Positions 1 to 14,782 of a stretch of DNA of 64,000 nt are shown piece after piece. Under the pieces are notes generated by a model. It was not told the origin of the DNA, searched no databases, and saw only the letters and a program-made list of their open reading frames with translations. A program made the translations under genes and the position numbers. The DNA lies in NCBI RefSeq assembly GCF_009914755.1, contig NC_060925.1. The stretch is one strand, 5' to 3'. This DNA comes from the human T2T-CHM13v2.0 reference genome, Homo sapiens. The stretch's first letter is position 1. Each line of letters begins with the position of its first letter.

Positions 1-3000
1 GGCAGAGATGTGATAAAAAAGGATGTTCTCATATATTTCTGATAATAATGCAAATTGCAAGCCAATTTGGAAAACAGACTGGATTAATTTTTATGAATTT
101 TTATCTGGTCACAGAAGCAACTGCTGTTAAAGTGGTTTGGGAAAAGAACAGCTGAAAGAGGTTTCTTTGGCAGCTTAAAATACTAGTGGAACAGCAAAAT
201 AAGAGTGAAAAATAAGCTTCAATCAGTATGCACACTTTAACTGCCCAGTGGACAATTCTACCATATCATTCAAGTCAGATATGCAGTAGTTATATCTCTT
301 TCCTGAATTTCTGGATGGTAGTAGAGTGAAGTCTTGGGGAAATCATGGTGGGGAGAGCGTGTCTGATATGTGGATTCCTAAGCTGTGATTCAAGCTGGAT
401 TCCAGATACACCAGAATTAAATGCTGGCATGAAAGGGACAAAGCTATCAAGTGCTTGAGGATTCTAACTGTGGCTAAATCTGAAATCAGCTGGTGATAGA
501 AGACACAAAGGCACAGGTAGCAGGGAGAGGATGAGTCTGGAGCAATTCTCATGTCCAGGATACCATCCTTAAAGCCTGGCAACCTGGCCAAGCCTGGGCG
601 GGCCATGTCCAATGAGGGAGGGTGTCCTGGGTGAGAAAAAAGCAAATTCATAGTCTGCACAGGGGATCCGTCTCTTTTTGTTCCTCACTTCTCTTGGTCC
701 CTAGACTCACCACCCTAAATCATGTCTTTGAAAGTCAAAAGAGAAGGAAGAGAGCTCAGGTCCCAGAGGACTAGAATGTGTATCAATTGAAACTCTGCAT
801 TGTAACTAATTTCAACTCAAATGAGTACAAATACCGGTAGAAATTATCTATTAAGCCTGTAGCAGAGTGAAGATATTATGGAAACAGTCTCCAAATTTAG
901 GTTTGTCCTAAATTTAGGTTCTCTTATAAATATAAATATAAATGTTCTCTTAAGAACAATAGAATGGGCTATTTTCCACTGGGATCATTTCAGAACATCT
1001 GAGGAATATAATCACTATGAATATGTGGGGAAATGTAATGGCAAATTAAGTTTCAGGTCAACTGGGATGAGGGGATAGGATAATCTGTAAGTCCTTTCTC
1101 ACTCTCTACTTCCAGGCCCAGATGCCAACCTCACCCCTCCCAATCTGGTTTGTAGCACAGGGGACAGGGCAGGCCACAGAACTGTAGAAGGAAGTGAGAG
1201 CCTAGTCTCTGTTTCCCTCATTCTTTTTCCCAATAACTGCTGAACAGCCAACACACCTGCCAAAATAATTTGAAAGAAGCCCGGCATTAGAGCAAGGTCT
1301 GAGCAAAGTGCAAACTAACAATGGGGCCCTAATATGCAAGACTGTCTAAGCAATCACTGAGATTTATGATATTAATACCCATGATTTTTCATAAAGGCAG
1401 CAGAAAAAGGCAGCAGAAGGTGTGCTTCCTACATGCGAGAGTGGAACTTGGCCCAGATCCCCAGTGTTGGCTCCTATAATCAAAGCCAGTAGGCAGCCTC
1501 CCCCAGGCAGAGACGAGTACAACTGCAGCCACCCATCCTGGGGTAACAAGGCACTCCTTCTCTGTCCATACTGTAACTATCCAGGCTCTATCACTTAGGT
1601 GAGAGTTGTGTTTAGAATGAAGATGTTAATAGTGAGACTTTATGAGTCAGAGCCCTAGGAAAAAATTGGCTTGGAGTCTGGGTTTTGCCGACATTAACTC
1701 AAGAATGGGTGTGTTGATTGATTGTATTCAGCCAAGAATAAACCTTTCTTGTGCAGCTGAGTCACAAGACCATTTGGTGCAATTGTTAATAGCTGAAAAC
1801 TCAGTAATAAGTTCCATATTTCACAAGTGGTGTCTCATACCAGAGATGTTTCTTCATCAACCTGGACATGTTCCTTGCTTAAATATAGTCTTGGTAGTTG
1901 TGGCAGGTACATTTTAAGTTCTCCATGCTTTTTCAGGTACCAGATGTGCCTGCTACAGATAATGCTCAGATATTCCATGTCTTTCTACAAGGTGGGGGTA
2001 TGCTTTGATGTTTTTCCTCCACAAAACAAATTTTAAGTGAAATTGGTGTATAACAAGGAAGATTGTTCCAGTGCATTGTTATAATCCAAAGGTTGTTAAA
2101 AATCCACTTTTTTGAGTAAAGAAGATAGTAAAAAGAAATATTATTTTTATGATGAACAAGAGAAAAACAATTATGTTCTTAAACCAGACAAAGATAATCA
2201 GGCGTCAGGAAACTTCACTGCAAAGCCAACATTTTAAACTTTCTTCGTGGTGGCCTACTCCTGTCAAGAGACTCTCATTAAAGGAGGAGAGAATTAATAC
2301 ATACATGTCATAATCATGTGACAGATAGGTACTGTGAAAGCCAACCCGGTAGATATTTTAAGGAGTTCTCTGGAAAATCGGAAATGTAGGGTGGAACTTC
2401 TATTTCTAGCAAGATGAGGAGTAAGATACTGTTAAAAAATACAAACTAAAAAAAAAAATGGAGAATAAATTGAATTTTTAAAAACTTTAAAATATATATT
2501 TGAGCCTACTCATGTGATTGAAACACAGGAAATGTATTAATCAATAGTAATATATAAAATAAGAAAAAGATAATCTAAATTTTTTGAGTTTCTTATACTG
2601 TTAAAGGGAGAAGATATCAATGAATTATAGATGTTGGTAAGTTGTACACACATACTAAATTTCTAAGGTAATCACTAAAAATACCAGAATGTACACTTTC
2701 CAAGAAAACCAAGCACTACAAAATAAGTAAGAAAAGCACAAAGAAGAAACTTAGAAAAGCAGAATAAATACAAAGGTAAAGTAGAAATACATGTGCTTAT
2801 ATTGTTACATAATAAATATGAATTGTTTTCCTATCCAAAGACAAAGATTGTGAAACTAATATATCTTTTTAATCCAACATGTGCTATTTACAATGGATAC
2901 TTCTAAAACATAAGGACACAGGAAATATTAAACTATTGAAAAAAAATACCAGGCAAACACTAATCAAAGGAAACGTTATGTAATTTTAGACTGTCAGAAA

Positions 3001-3039
3001 GGTAAGACTTTAATAAAAGCATTATTAAAGATAAAAAAA

Positions 3040-3317
3040 GGCCTCATGCCTGTAATCCCAACACTTTGGGAGGCTGAGGCAGGTGGATCGTGAGGTCAGG
3101 AGTTCAAGACCAGACTGGCCAAGATGGTGAAACCCCATCTCTACTAAAAATATAAAAATTAGCCAAGCATGGTGGTGCGTGCCTGTAGTCCCAGCTACTC
3201 AGGAGGCTGAGGCAGGAGAATCACTTGAACCCGGGAGGCAAGGTTGCAGTGAGCTGAGATTGTACCACTGCACTCCAGCCTGGGTGACAGAGCGAGACTC
3301 TGTCTCAAAAAAGAAAA
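3040..3317 (+). mobile_element. AluS, slightly 5'-truncated
   Basis: cctgtaatccca...gaggtcaggagttcaagacc...ctccagcctgggtgacagagcgagactc followed by an A tail. Confidence 0.95.
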
Positions 3318-3534
3318 GCTACTACATAAGATTTCAGCTTTAATTTATCAAGGAAAATAAACACATCTAATCTTGAATATTTCTAATAATGCAGTTGCAA
3401 AATATATAAATAAAATGGCAGATGTATAAAGAGAAATGTGAGACTTTTTACCATCGCAGTGGTGGGAGAGTTCTATATCTATTTCTGATTTCATATATGT
3501 ATATATATTTTCATTATATTAAACAGAAAAAAAT

Positions 3535-3655
3535 CCAGATGGATACCCCAATTAACCTGATTTGATCATTACACATTGTTTGCCTGTACCAAAACATCAC
3601 GTGTACCCCATAAAAATATACAACTATTTACCCATAATAATTAATTTTTTAAAAA
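3535..3655 (+). mobile_element. L1MA-type 3' end fragment
   Basis: gatggataccccaattaacctgatttgatcattacacattg...catcacgtgtaccccataaaaatatacaacta. Confidence 0.75.
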
Positions 3656-3903
3656 GAGGAAAAAAATCTAGTAAAGTTACTATCTAACAGCATACGTAGG
3701 AAATTTCTTTCAATGATTTGAAAATGAAAGTTATTTTAGGTATTTGGATTATTTACAAAACTTACCATCTGATAGGATATTAAAAACACTAATACATCAT
3801 AAATAATGTGTACTATACAGATTATTTTACCTAGTCACAATGCAATGAAATAGAAGTAGATAGTCAAAAGATGGCTTTTAAACTTTAAAATATTTAACCT
3901 TAT

Positions 3904-5055
<1,152 letters not shown>

Positions 5056-6781
5056 AAGTCCGTAAGTTTAGAAATAAAATAAAAATTGTCTTTAAAAACA
5101 CACAAAATTATTAGTGAAAATTAGTACTTGGAACAGAATGATTATAAAAATACTACTTTCAAAATTTGTGGGATTTAACTAAATGGTAGTTTTAAAAAAG
5201 TATACAGCCTTAAATGTTTATCCTAGAAAGAAGGAAAGTTAAAACTTAATTACCTAGGTATTCAATTTATGGAATTAGAAGGATCATCATAATGAACATA
5301 AGTAAAATAAAAGAATAAAATAATAAAGAACAATAATTATAAAAATACAAAATAATTATATGAGAAAGGATAAACGTAGACAAAAGCTGGTTGTTTGAAA
5401 AGACATAAAAATTGATAAGATTAACCTGGAAAAAAAGGAACGGTCCCCCTCCCCAAAAAATATTAGAAATTTTTAAAAGACGTAATTATAGATGCAGCAG
5501 ATTTTCTTACAGGTATATGTTATTAAAAGTGTATGCCAACATATTTTAAAACCTAGATGAAATAGACAGAAAATATTAAAACTGATTTAAGAACACCATG
5601 TGACAAAAAATGAGCTTAGAGATGAGTTATTCAAATGTTTAAGGAACAGAGAATTCTGTCCTTATACCAAATCTTCCAAAGAATTGCAAAAATAAGGCCA
5701 CTCCCAACTAGTTTTATGAGGCTCATATAACCTGCATATTAAACAAAGAAAAGAACATTTTGAGAACAAAATCAGACAAGTTCTGATTTATAAACATAGA
5801 TGAAAAAAGCTAAGGAAAAGTGTTAGCAAACTGAATTCCATATTGTAGAAAACAAAAATACATGCTGGCTAAGCTAATTATATTCCAGGAATACAAGGCT
5901 GGGTCAATCATAAAAAATCTATTAATGTGATTAATGACATGGACAAATCAAACCAAAAAAATCATATGATTGCTTCAATGTATGCAGAAGAAGCATGCAA
6001 TATACTCAACATTCGTTCTTTATATTTAAAAATTCCTTAATAAACTCAGGTAAGAGGAGGATACTTCAACCTGAAAGAAAAGGCACTACAACAACATTTT
6101 AAAATCACTATTCTAAATAGTAAAACTCAAAATGTTTCTGTTAAAATTAGAAGCATTACACATCTTCCTGCTATCAAAATTTCATTTAACATTATATTAG
6201 AGGTTCTGTTGAATCTATTTTTTGGTTCATTAATCAAAAATCTATTTTTAGAAGAAAAAAATCTTATTATTTTCAGATGATATAATCCACATAGAAATTC
6301 AAGAGGAATTTGCAGACACTTACTTTTAGACTTAGAGAAATTTATGCAGATTGTCTATAAGTATAAGCTACAACTAGAAGATATAATGATGAGACATCAC
6401 TTACCGTATCAATTAAAATATAAAACATCCACAAAGATAAAAAGGTAAAACCTTTATGAAACTTTGATTGACTTTGCATACCCAATTGAACCAAGATATA
6501 AACCATGTACATGGTTAATAAGACTTAAGTTACAACTATGTCAATTCTCCACAAATTTAATAGATTGATTTTATGTTATTCCTATCAATACCCCAACAGG
6601 GCTTTCCATAGAACTTGACAAACTGATCTTAAAACTTTTATATGAAAAAGCAAAAGGACAAGAATAGTCAAAAGGCCCCTGGGATTTTGTTTGTTGGGAG
6701 GTTTTTAATTACTGAGTCAATCTCTTCATTTCTTATTTGTCTTTTCACCTTTTCTATTTCTCCATGAATAAGTTTTTGTAG

Positions 6782-9064
6782 TGTACTAGTCCATTTTCAC
6801 ACTGCTGACGAAGACATGCATGAGACTAATTTTTAGAGAAAAAGAGGTTTAATGGACTCACAATTCCACCTGGCTGGGGAGGCCTCACAATCATGGTGGA
6901 AGGTGGAAGGTACGTCTTACATAGTGACAGACAAGAGATAATGAGAGCTTGTGCAGGGAAGCTTCTCTTTATAAAACCATCAGATCTCATGAGACTTATT
7001 CACTATCATGAGAATAGCACAGGAAAGACCCGCCCACATTATTCAATTACCTCCCACTGGGTCCCTCCCACAACATGTGGGAATTATGGGAGCTACAATC
7101 CAAGATGAGATTTGGGTGGGGACACAGCCAAATCATATCATTCCACCCCTGGCCCCTCTCAAACCTCACGTCCTCACATTTCAAAATGAATCTTGCCTTC
7201 CCAACACTCCCCCAAAGTCTTAACTCATTTCAGCATTAACTTAAAAGTCATCAGTCCAAAGTCTCATCTAAAACACGGCACGTCCCTTCCACCTATGAGC
7301 CAGTAAAATCAAAAGCAAGTCAGTTACTTTCTAGATAAAATGGGGTTACAGGCATTGGGTAAATGCAGCCATTCCAAATGGGAGAAACTGGCCAAAATTA
7401 AGGCTAAAGGCCCCATGCAAGTCCAAAATTCAGCAGGGGAGTCAAATCTTAAAGCTCCAAAATGATCTCCTTTGATTCCATGTCTCACATCCAGGTCACG
7501 TTGATGCAAGAGGTGAGTTCCCATGGTCTTGAGCAGCTCTTTCCCTGTTGCAGGGTACAGTCTCTTTCCAGGCTGCTTTCATAGACTGGCATTGAGTGTC
7601 TGCAGCTTTTCCAGGTGCATGGTCCAAGCAGTCAGTGCATCTACCATTCTGGGGTCTGGAGGATGGTCGCCCTCTCCTCCTAGCTCCACTAGGCAGCACC
7701 CCAGTGGGGGAGTCTGTTTGGGGGCTCCCACCTCACATTTCCCTTCCACACTGCCCTAGAAGAGGTTATCCATGAGTGCCCTGCCCCTGCAGCAAACTCC
7801 TGCCTGGACATCCAGGCATTTCCATACATCCTCTGAAATCTAAGCGGAGGTTTCCAAACCTTAATTCTTGACTTCTGTGCACCTGCAAGATCAATACCAC
7901 GTGGAAGCTGCTAAGGCTTGGGGCTTGCACCCTCTGAATCCATGGCCTGAGCTATACCTTGGCCCCTTTTAGTCATGGCTAAAGCAGCTGGGATGTAGGG
8001 CACCAAGTCCCTAGACTGCACACAGCAGAGGGACCCTGGGCCCAGCCCACAAAACCATTTTTCTTCCTCCTGGGCCTCCAGGCCTGTGATGGGAGGAGCT
8101 GCTGCAAAGGTCTTGGACATGCCCTGTAGACATTTTCTCCATTGTTTGTGGATTAACATTTGGCTCCTCGCTATTTATGCAAATTTCTGCAGCCAGCTTG
8201 AATTTCTCCTCAGAAAATGGGGTTTTCTTTTCTATCACATTATCAGGCTTCAAATTTTCTGAACTTTTGTGCTCTGCTTCCCTTATAAAACCAAATGCCT
8301 TTAACAGCACCCAAGTCACCTCTTTAATGCTTTGCTGCTTAGAAATTTCTTCCACCAGATACCCTAAATCATCTCTCTGAAGTTCAAAGTTGGACAGGGG
8401 CAAAATGCTGCCAGTCTCTTTGGTAAAACATAACAAGAGTCACCTTTGCTCCAGTTCCCAATAAGTTTCTCATCTCCATCTGAGACTACCTCAGCATGAA
8501 TTTCCTTGTCCATTATCATTATCAGCATTTTGGTCAAAGCCATTCAACAAGTCTCTAGGGACTTCCAAACTTTCCTACATTTTTCTGTCTTCTTCTGAGC
8601 CCTCCAAACTCTTCCAGCCTCTGCCTGTTACCCAGTCCCAAAGTCGCTTCCACATTTTGTGGTATCTTTTCAGCAATGCCGCACTCTATAGGTACCAGTT
8701 TACTCTATTAGTCCGTTTTCATGCTGCTGATAAAGACATACCCAAGATCAGGCAATTTACAAAAGAAAGAGGTTTAATGGACTTACAGTTCCATGTGGCT
8801 AGGGAGGCCTCACAATCATGGTGGAAGGTGAAAGGCACATCTCACATGGTGGCAGACAAGAGAAGAGATGGCTTGTGCAGGGAAACTTCCCTTTATAAAA
8901 CCATCAGATCTCATCAGACTTATTCACTATTACAAGAATAGCATGGGAAAGACCTGCCCCCATGATTCAATTACCTCCCACCAGGTCCCTTTCATGACAT
9001 GTGGGAATTGTGGGAGCTACAAGCCAGGATGAGATTTGGGTGGGGACACAGCCAAACCATACCA
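6782..9064 (-). mobile_element. Full-length THE1 (MaLR) element: LTR 6782-7140, internal 7141-8703, LTR 8704-9064
   Basis: Two ~360 bp LTRs running tgtactagtccattttcac/tctattagtccgttttcat to gggacacagccaaa(t/c)cata(t/c)ca, the reverse complement of the THE1 LTR; ~1.56 kb THE1-int between them. Confidence 0.95.
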
Positions 9065-9404
9065 GAAAGGTTGGATATTTCTGGGAATTGATCCATTTCT
9101 TTTAGGTTATCCAATTTGTTGGCATGTAATTGTTCAGCCTCTTATAAATCTTTTTATCTCTGTGGTATTTGTTGTAATGTCTCCTCTTTCATTTCTGATT
9201 TTGTTTGAATCTTCTCTCTTATATTCTTATTTAGTCTATGTAAAAGTTTGTCAAATTAGTTTTTTTTTCAAAAAACTTTAGTTTCATTGATTTTTCTATT
9301 CTCAATTTTGTTTATCTCTGCTCTAATCTTTATTCTTTCCTCCCCTCTGCTAACTTTGGGCTTAGTTTGTTCTTTGTTTTCTAGTTTCTTGAGGTCTAGG
9401 GTAA

Positions 9405-9717
<313 letters not shown>

Positions 9718-11586
9718 TGTTTTCTCTTTTTTAATGTAGGCATTTATTGCTATAAAATTTCCTGTTAGAACTACTTTTGCCACATCCTATATGGTTTGAT
9801 ATGTTGTGTTTTATTTTCATTTGTCTCTAGACATTTTCTAATTTCCCTTTTGATTTTTTTCTTTGATCCACTGCATATTTATGCATGTTATTTTTTACAT
9901 ATTTTTGAATTTTTCAGATCTCTTTCTGCTATTGATTTCTAGTTTCATTCTATCACAGTCAAAAAAATACTTATTTTAATCTTTTTAAATTTGTTAAGGC
10001 TTTTGCGACTTTATATGTGATTTATCCTGGAGGCTATTTCATTTGCAATTCAGAAGAATGTTTCTTCTGTTGCTGTTGAGTGAAATGTTCAGTATATGTC
10101 TATTAGGTCCAGTTGGGTTATAGTGCTGTTCAAGTTCTCTGTTTCCCTATTAATCTTCTGTCTGGATGTTCTCTCCATTATTGAAAGTAGAATATTAAAT
10201 TTCTCTACTATTATTGTGTTGCTGTCTATTTCTCTCTCAGTTCTGTCAATGTGCGCTTTATTCATTTAGGTGTTCTGATGTTTGGTACATATATACTTAT
10301 AATTGTTATGTTTCCTGGTGAACTGACTCTTTTGTCATTGTATTATATCCATGTTTTCTCTTGTGACACTTTTTGACTCAAAATCCATTTTGCCTAAAAA
10401 ATTATGGCCACCATTGCTCGATTTTGCTTACCATTTTTATGAGATATATTTTCTTTTTATTTTTTCACTATTTTTAATCTAAACTGAGTCTCTTGCAGAG
10501 AGTATGTGACTATGTTTTTAAAAATTTTATCTATTTAGCCATTCTATGTTTTTTGTTTAGAGAGTTCAATTCATTTACATTTAATGTCATTATTGACAGG
10601 AACAGATTTACTATTGCCATTTAAAAATTATTTTCTATCTGTCCTATAGTTCTTTTGTTCCTACTTTTTTTCATTATCTTTATTTGTGTTTCATTGATTT
10701 TTGTAGTGATACACTTTGGTTCGTTTCTCATTTTCCTTTGTATACCTTCCATAGGTTTGTTTTTGTGGTTATCATGGGACTTACATAAAATAGCTTATAA
10801 TTATAACAATGTGCCTTAAGCTGATGACAACATGAGTTCAGTTGCACACACAATTGCGTATTACTCCTCCTCTCCATACTTTGTTATTGATATACCAAAT
10901 TGCATTTTTATTGTATCAATTAGCATATTTTTATAATTATAGTTATTTTTTATACTTTTGTCTTTTGACTTCTATACCAAAACTAAAAGTGATTTACACA
11001 CAACTGTTATAGTATTATAGCATTTTGTATTTGTCTATATATTTACTTTTATCAGCAAGCTTCATACTTTCATATGCTTTGTCTTAATGTTTAGCATATT
11101 TTTTGTTCCAACTTGAAGGACTTCCTTTAGCATTTCTTGTAAGTGAGGCCAAGTGGTGACAAATTTTCTTGCCTTTTATTTCTTTGAAAAAGTCATTATC
11201 TCTCTTTCATTTTTGACAAGTAATTTTGCTGAATATGACATTCTTAATTGGCGTTTAGTTGTCATTTTAGTACTTTGAATATATCATCCCACTTTGTTCT
11301 GGCCTGCAAAGTTCCTGCTAAGAAATCTGCTGATAGTCATATATTGCTCAATTGTATGTGATGAGTCACTCTTCTCTTGCTGCTTTCAAAATTATTTGTT
11401 TATTTTTGGCTTTTGACAATTTGGTTATAATATGTCTCAGTGCTGACTTCTTTGGATTCATCCTATTTGGGTTCCATTGGACTTCTTGAACCTGTTTGTC
11501 TATCTCCTGCACATATTTGGGACATGTTTGGCCATTATTTACTTAAGTAAGCTTTCTGTCCCTTTCTTCTTTTTTATGAAACTCTG

Positions 11587-11850
11587 ATTACGAATATATA
11601 TATTATACATTCGTAATATATAAATATATATGAGATATATATATATATATATATATCTCAGGGAAACCATTCATAAGAATAATTTTCAAAGGAGACAGAG
11701 AAAAGGTTCCTCTCCATTTCATTCTAGCCAAAGTTAACCTAAGCATTTAGAAGTTTTGCTTCCAGGTTTGTACTGCTTTTATTTATTTCCCTATGTTTAA
11801 TATATATATAGAGAGAGTATATACATTTATAGTGTGTGTGTATGTGTGTT
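11587..11850. repeat. TA-rich microsatellite complex containing a non-L1 insertion
   Basis: (TA)n and (TG)n tracts interrupt the L1 and flank a copy of 15122-15245. Confidence 0.9.
11664..11797 (+). repeat. Local direct duplication (copy of ~15122-15245)
   Basis: ~124 bp alignable at ~91% identity by eye, including ggttcctctccatttcattctagcca.agttaacctaagcatttagaagtttt. Confidence 0.95.
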
Positions 11851-11995
11851 TTGATAGTGTTCCCATAAGGCCCTTAGACTTTCTTCAGTCTTTTCCATTA
11901 TTCTCTTTTCTTTTTGCTCTTCTTACTGGGTAATTTCAAATGTCTTCTAGTTCACTGATTTTTTATTCTGCTTAATCAAGCTTGCTGTTAAACAC

Positions 11996-12857
11996 TGTTA
12001 ACTGAAAAATCACAAAATTTATAAATTTAGAAAGGAGAGGAGACTTCATTTCTTGTGAAAGTTACAGCCTTCAAGGTCACTATCCACAGCTGGGAAGCAT
12101 AGCACCTGGCAAATAACGGAGAAAGGCACTTTGAAGGAGCGGGGATTAGGGTAGGAGCCTTATGCTGAGTGCGTTGACTAACATACGTATTCAACAGGTT
12201 ACAGGAGGAGCTACAAATATTCAAGCAGGTGATTCTGACTCAACATCTCATTGCATTACAATTAGGGCTTATATTTCAAAAAGCGAAGAGGGACATGAAG
12301 GCACTTAAGTGCATAACCTCTAAACTGGCTAGAACAGGTCCACAGTTGGTAATCTTATCAGACAAATTAGTTTCTTGTCTAATTAAAGCTGTAGTTATGT
12401 ATGACTTGTAGAACAGAGTGGTCAGTTAGTCAGTGGCTGGTGGTAGAAGAGCTGAAAGTTTTTTTTGAGATACTGCTTATCTCAAGACCAGTGTTTGTTT
12501 AGCTGCTAAAGAAAAAGAAAAATCTTGTGGCAGTTAGAACATAGTTTATTTTTTAAGTGTAGGGGATGCATGACTTAACTCTTGCCTGGCATGGCCTTGG
12601 GTCCTGTTTATAATTTGACATTTCATTGCCACAAAGAGTTTGTTTTGTCAGTCTTAGATCTCTATTTTAACATTAATGCTGGTCAGTCATTGTGTCTAAA
12701 CTGCAAAAGAGAGGGTGTATAATAAGGCATGTCTGACCTCCTGTCCCATCATGGCTGGGAACTCAGTTTTTAAGATTTCTCTATAGTTTTTTTGGCCAAA
12801 ATGGGGTCCATTCAGTTAGTGTGGGGTGGGGGCTTAGGATTCTAATTTTAGTTTACA
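11996..12857 (-). mobile_element. ERV1 solo LTR, MER4 group (MER49-like)
   Basis: TG...CA termini; reverse complement starts tgtaaactaaaattagaatcctaagccccc...ggaggtcagacatgcc...gaccagcattaatgttaaaatagagatc. Confidence 0.8.
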
Positions 12858-14074
12858 ATATTAGTTATTTTTTTCAGTTCATTTACAACATTCTTCAGCT
12901 CCAACACTTATTCTATTGTTTTTGTTTGTATCTTTTTGTTGAAATTCTTATTTTGCTCAGTCATTGTTTGTATGAGCTCATTGAGTATCTTTTAAAGTTT
13001 ATTTTGAATTCTTTGTTGGGTAATTCATACACTTATTTATTTAGGGTTGATTTCTGGAGATTTGTTTATTTTTTTTTTTATTGGAGCATTTCTCCCTGTT
13101 TCTTCCTGCTTTTTTAAACTTTGCGCTGGTACTTACACATTTGAAAAAACAACCACCTCTCCCAATTTGTACACACTGGATTTGTACAGGGAATGATATC
13201 ATCATTAAGATTGGCTGGGGATTCTGGAGCCCTCTCAAATCTTTTCTGTGATGTGTCTTCTTTGGACTTTTGCATGTAGATTCTTAATTATAGAGATTTG
13301 CTTGTTTCTTTTTTTAGGAGCTCATAATCTCTGGCTCCCTCTGATGTCTGTCTGCTGTACCATGGGTCCTCTAAAACAGCAGCATGCTCCCAGCTCGTTC
13401 TTGTTCTCAGCTTCCCCCAAAGAGCTAGAGTATGCTTGTTCCATCAGCACCCCAAGTTGAGTTAGACAAAAACCAGTTGCTGATGAAAAGTCAGAAAGCT
13501 TGATATATATTCCACTCTTCTCTTTCTCCCCTGAGAGGCCACTTCAGCCCTATATGCTCTACTGTAAGCCCTCTGAAGCAGCAATAAGCTTCCCATCTCT
13601 ATTTTGTTCTCAGTGGCTCCCAGAAATCTAGAGTATGCTGGCTCCAATCAGTGCTCTGAGACAGGTGAAACAGAAGCCAGTCCCTCAGGTACCTCCCAAA
13701 AAGTCAGAACATTGGACATACAGCTGAAACTTCTTTTTTCCTCCTTAGGGAGAGGCTGGGAGCTAGGAGTTTCTTCCCAAATGTGTGGTGCTGTGACAAG
13801 GGGAGAGATTATGGTATTAAGGTGCCATAAATTTTTCTAATGGCTTTGATATGGCTGATTTCTGCATTCACTTGGGGTGCAGAAGCCTCTTAACTGGTTT
13901 CTACTTTATCATAAAGGGAATTGGTCTATATATTGTTGAATCAGTGTTTCCACTGGAGGAAAGAAGTGTCTGGGGCTTCATACTCTACCATCTGGATAAT
14001 GTCAGTCTCAAAGTGTGCTTTTAAGGTCATGGCAACAAAGTGAGGTAAGGCATTAATACCAAGATCCCTAGTAT

Positions 14075-14245
14075 GGAGCAAACCCAGGACAGAGAGATTG
14101 GTCCTGGTGATGTCATTTGGTCATTGAATTAAGCTATGCCTGAAGTCTACACATGCATTTATGCAAACCAATTAGTTCTCTTTTTGTTTAAGCTATTTGG
14201 CCTAGGTGCTCAGTTACTTAGAATTTGAAGAGTCCTCAGTGATAA
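14075..14245 (+). mobile_element. MLT1 (MaLR) LTR 3' fragment
   Basis: aagctatgcctgaagtc...ttttgtttaagctatttgg...gagtcctcagtgata. Confidence 0.55.
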
Positions 14246-14379
14246 AGTTGTGATGTAGGATTTTTTTCTTTTTAACTGTATTCTGTAAATGTAGTTATTA
14301 CATAATGAGTTCTTTGCTCCTTGTAATGCTATCAAGAATTATCGTAACCTAGTTTTAATTTACTATTTCTGTCCTCATC

Positions 14380-14782
14380 TCTTGCTACTTTTGTTCCATG
14401 CACATATGCTCCAGCTACATTATTCTACGCTTTGTCTGCAAGCATATAATTACATGCTGTATGATTTTTCATGGTATTCTTTATTTTTTCCTAAAATGCC
14501 TTCTACCACCTCATGGCTATCAAAAAACTAGTTAAACACTATGGACAAGCTTAAATATCCACTTATGGGTGATTGTCAGGATCAACCCTCTGAACTGCTG
14601 AAATTGTGTTCACATTATTATAATTCAATAATTCGATATTTTTAATGAGTTGAGGGACCCATTTGCTATCACATTAGATAAGGAGCCCCTTGATGGTAAG
14701 ACCCATATCTGTTAATTTACATGCCCATTATTGAATGCTGGCTGACATTCAATAAATATTTAGTGAATTAATAAACAAATGA
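14380..14782 (+). mobile_element. L2 3' fragment
   Basis: Ends cattcaataaatatttagtgaattaataaa, an L2-type tail. Confidence 0.5.

Noticed and set aside
8011-8436. 141 aa ORF in the THE1 internal region
   Set aside because: Remnant of the MaLR internal sequence; no evidence of a functional gene.
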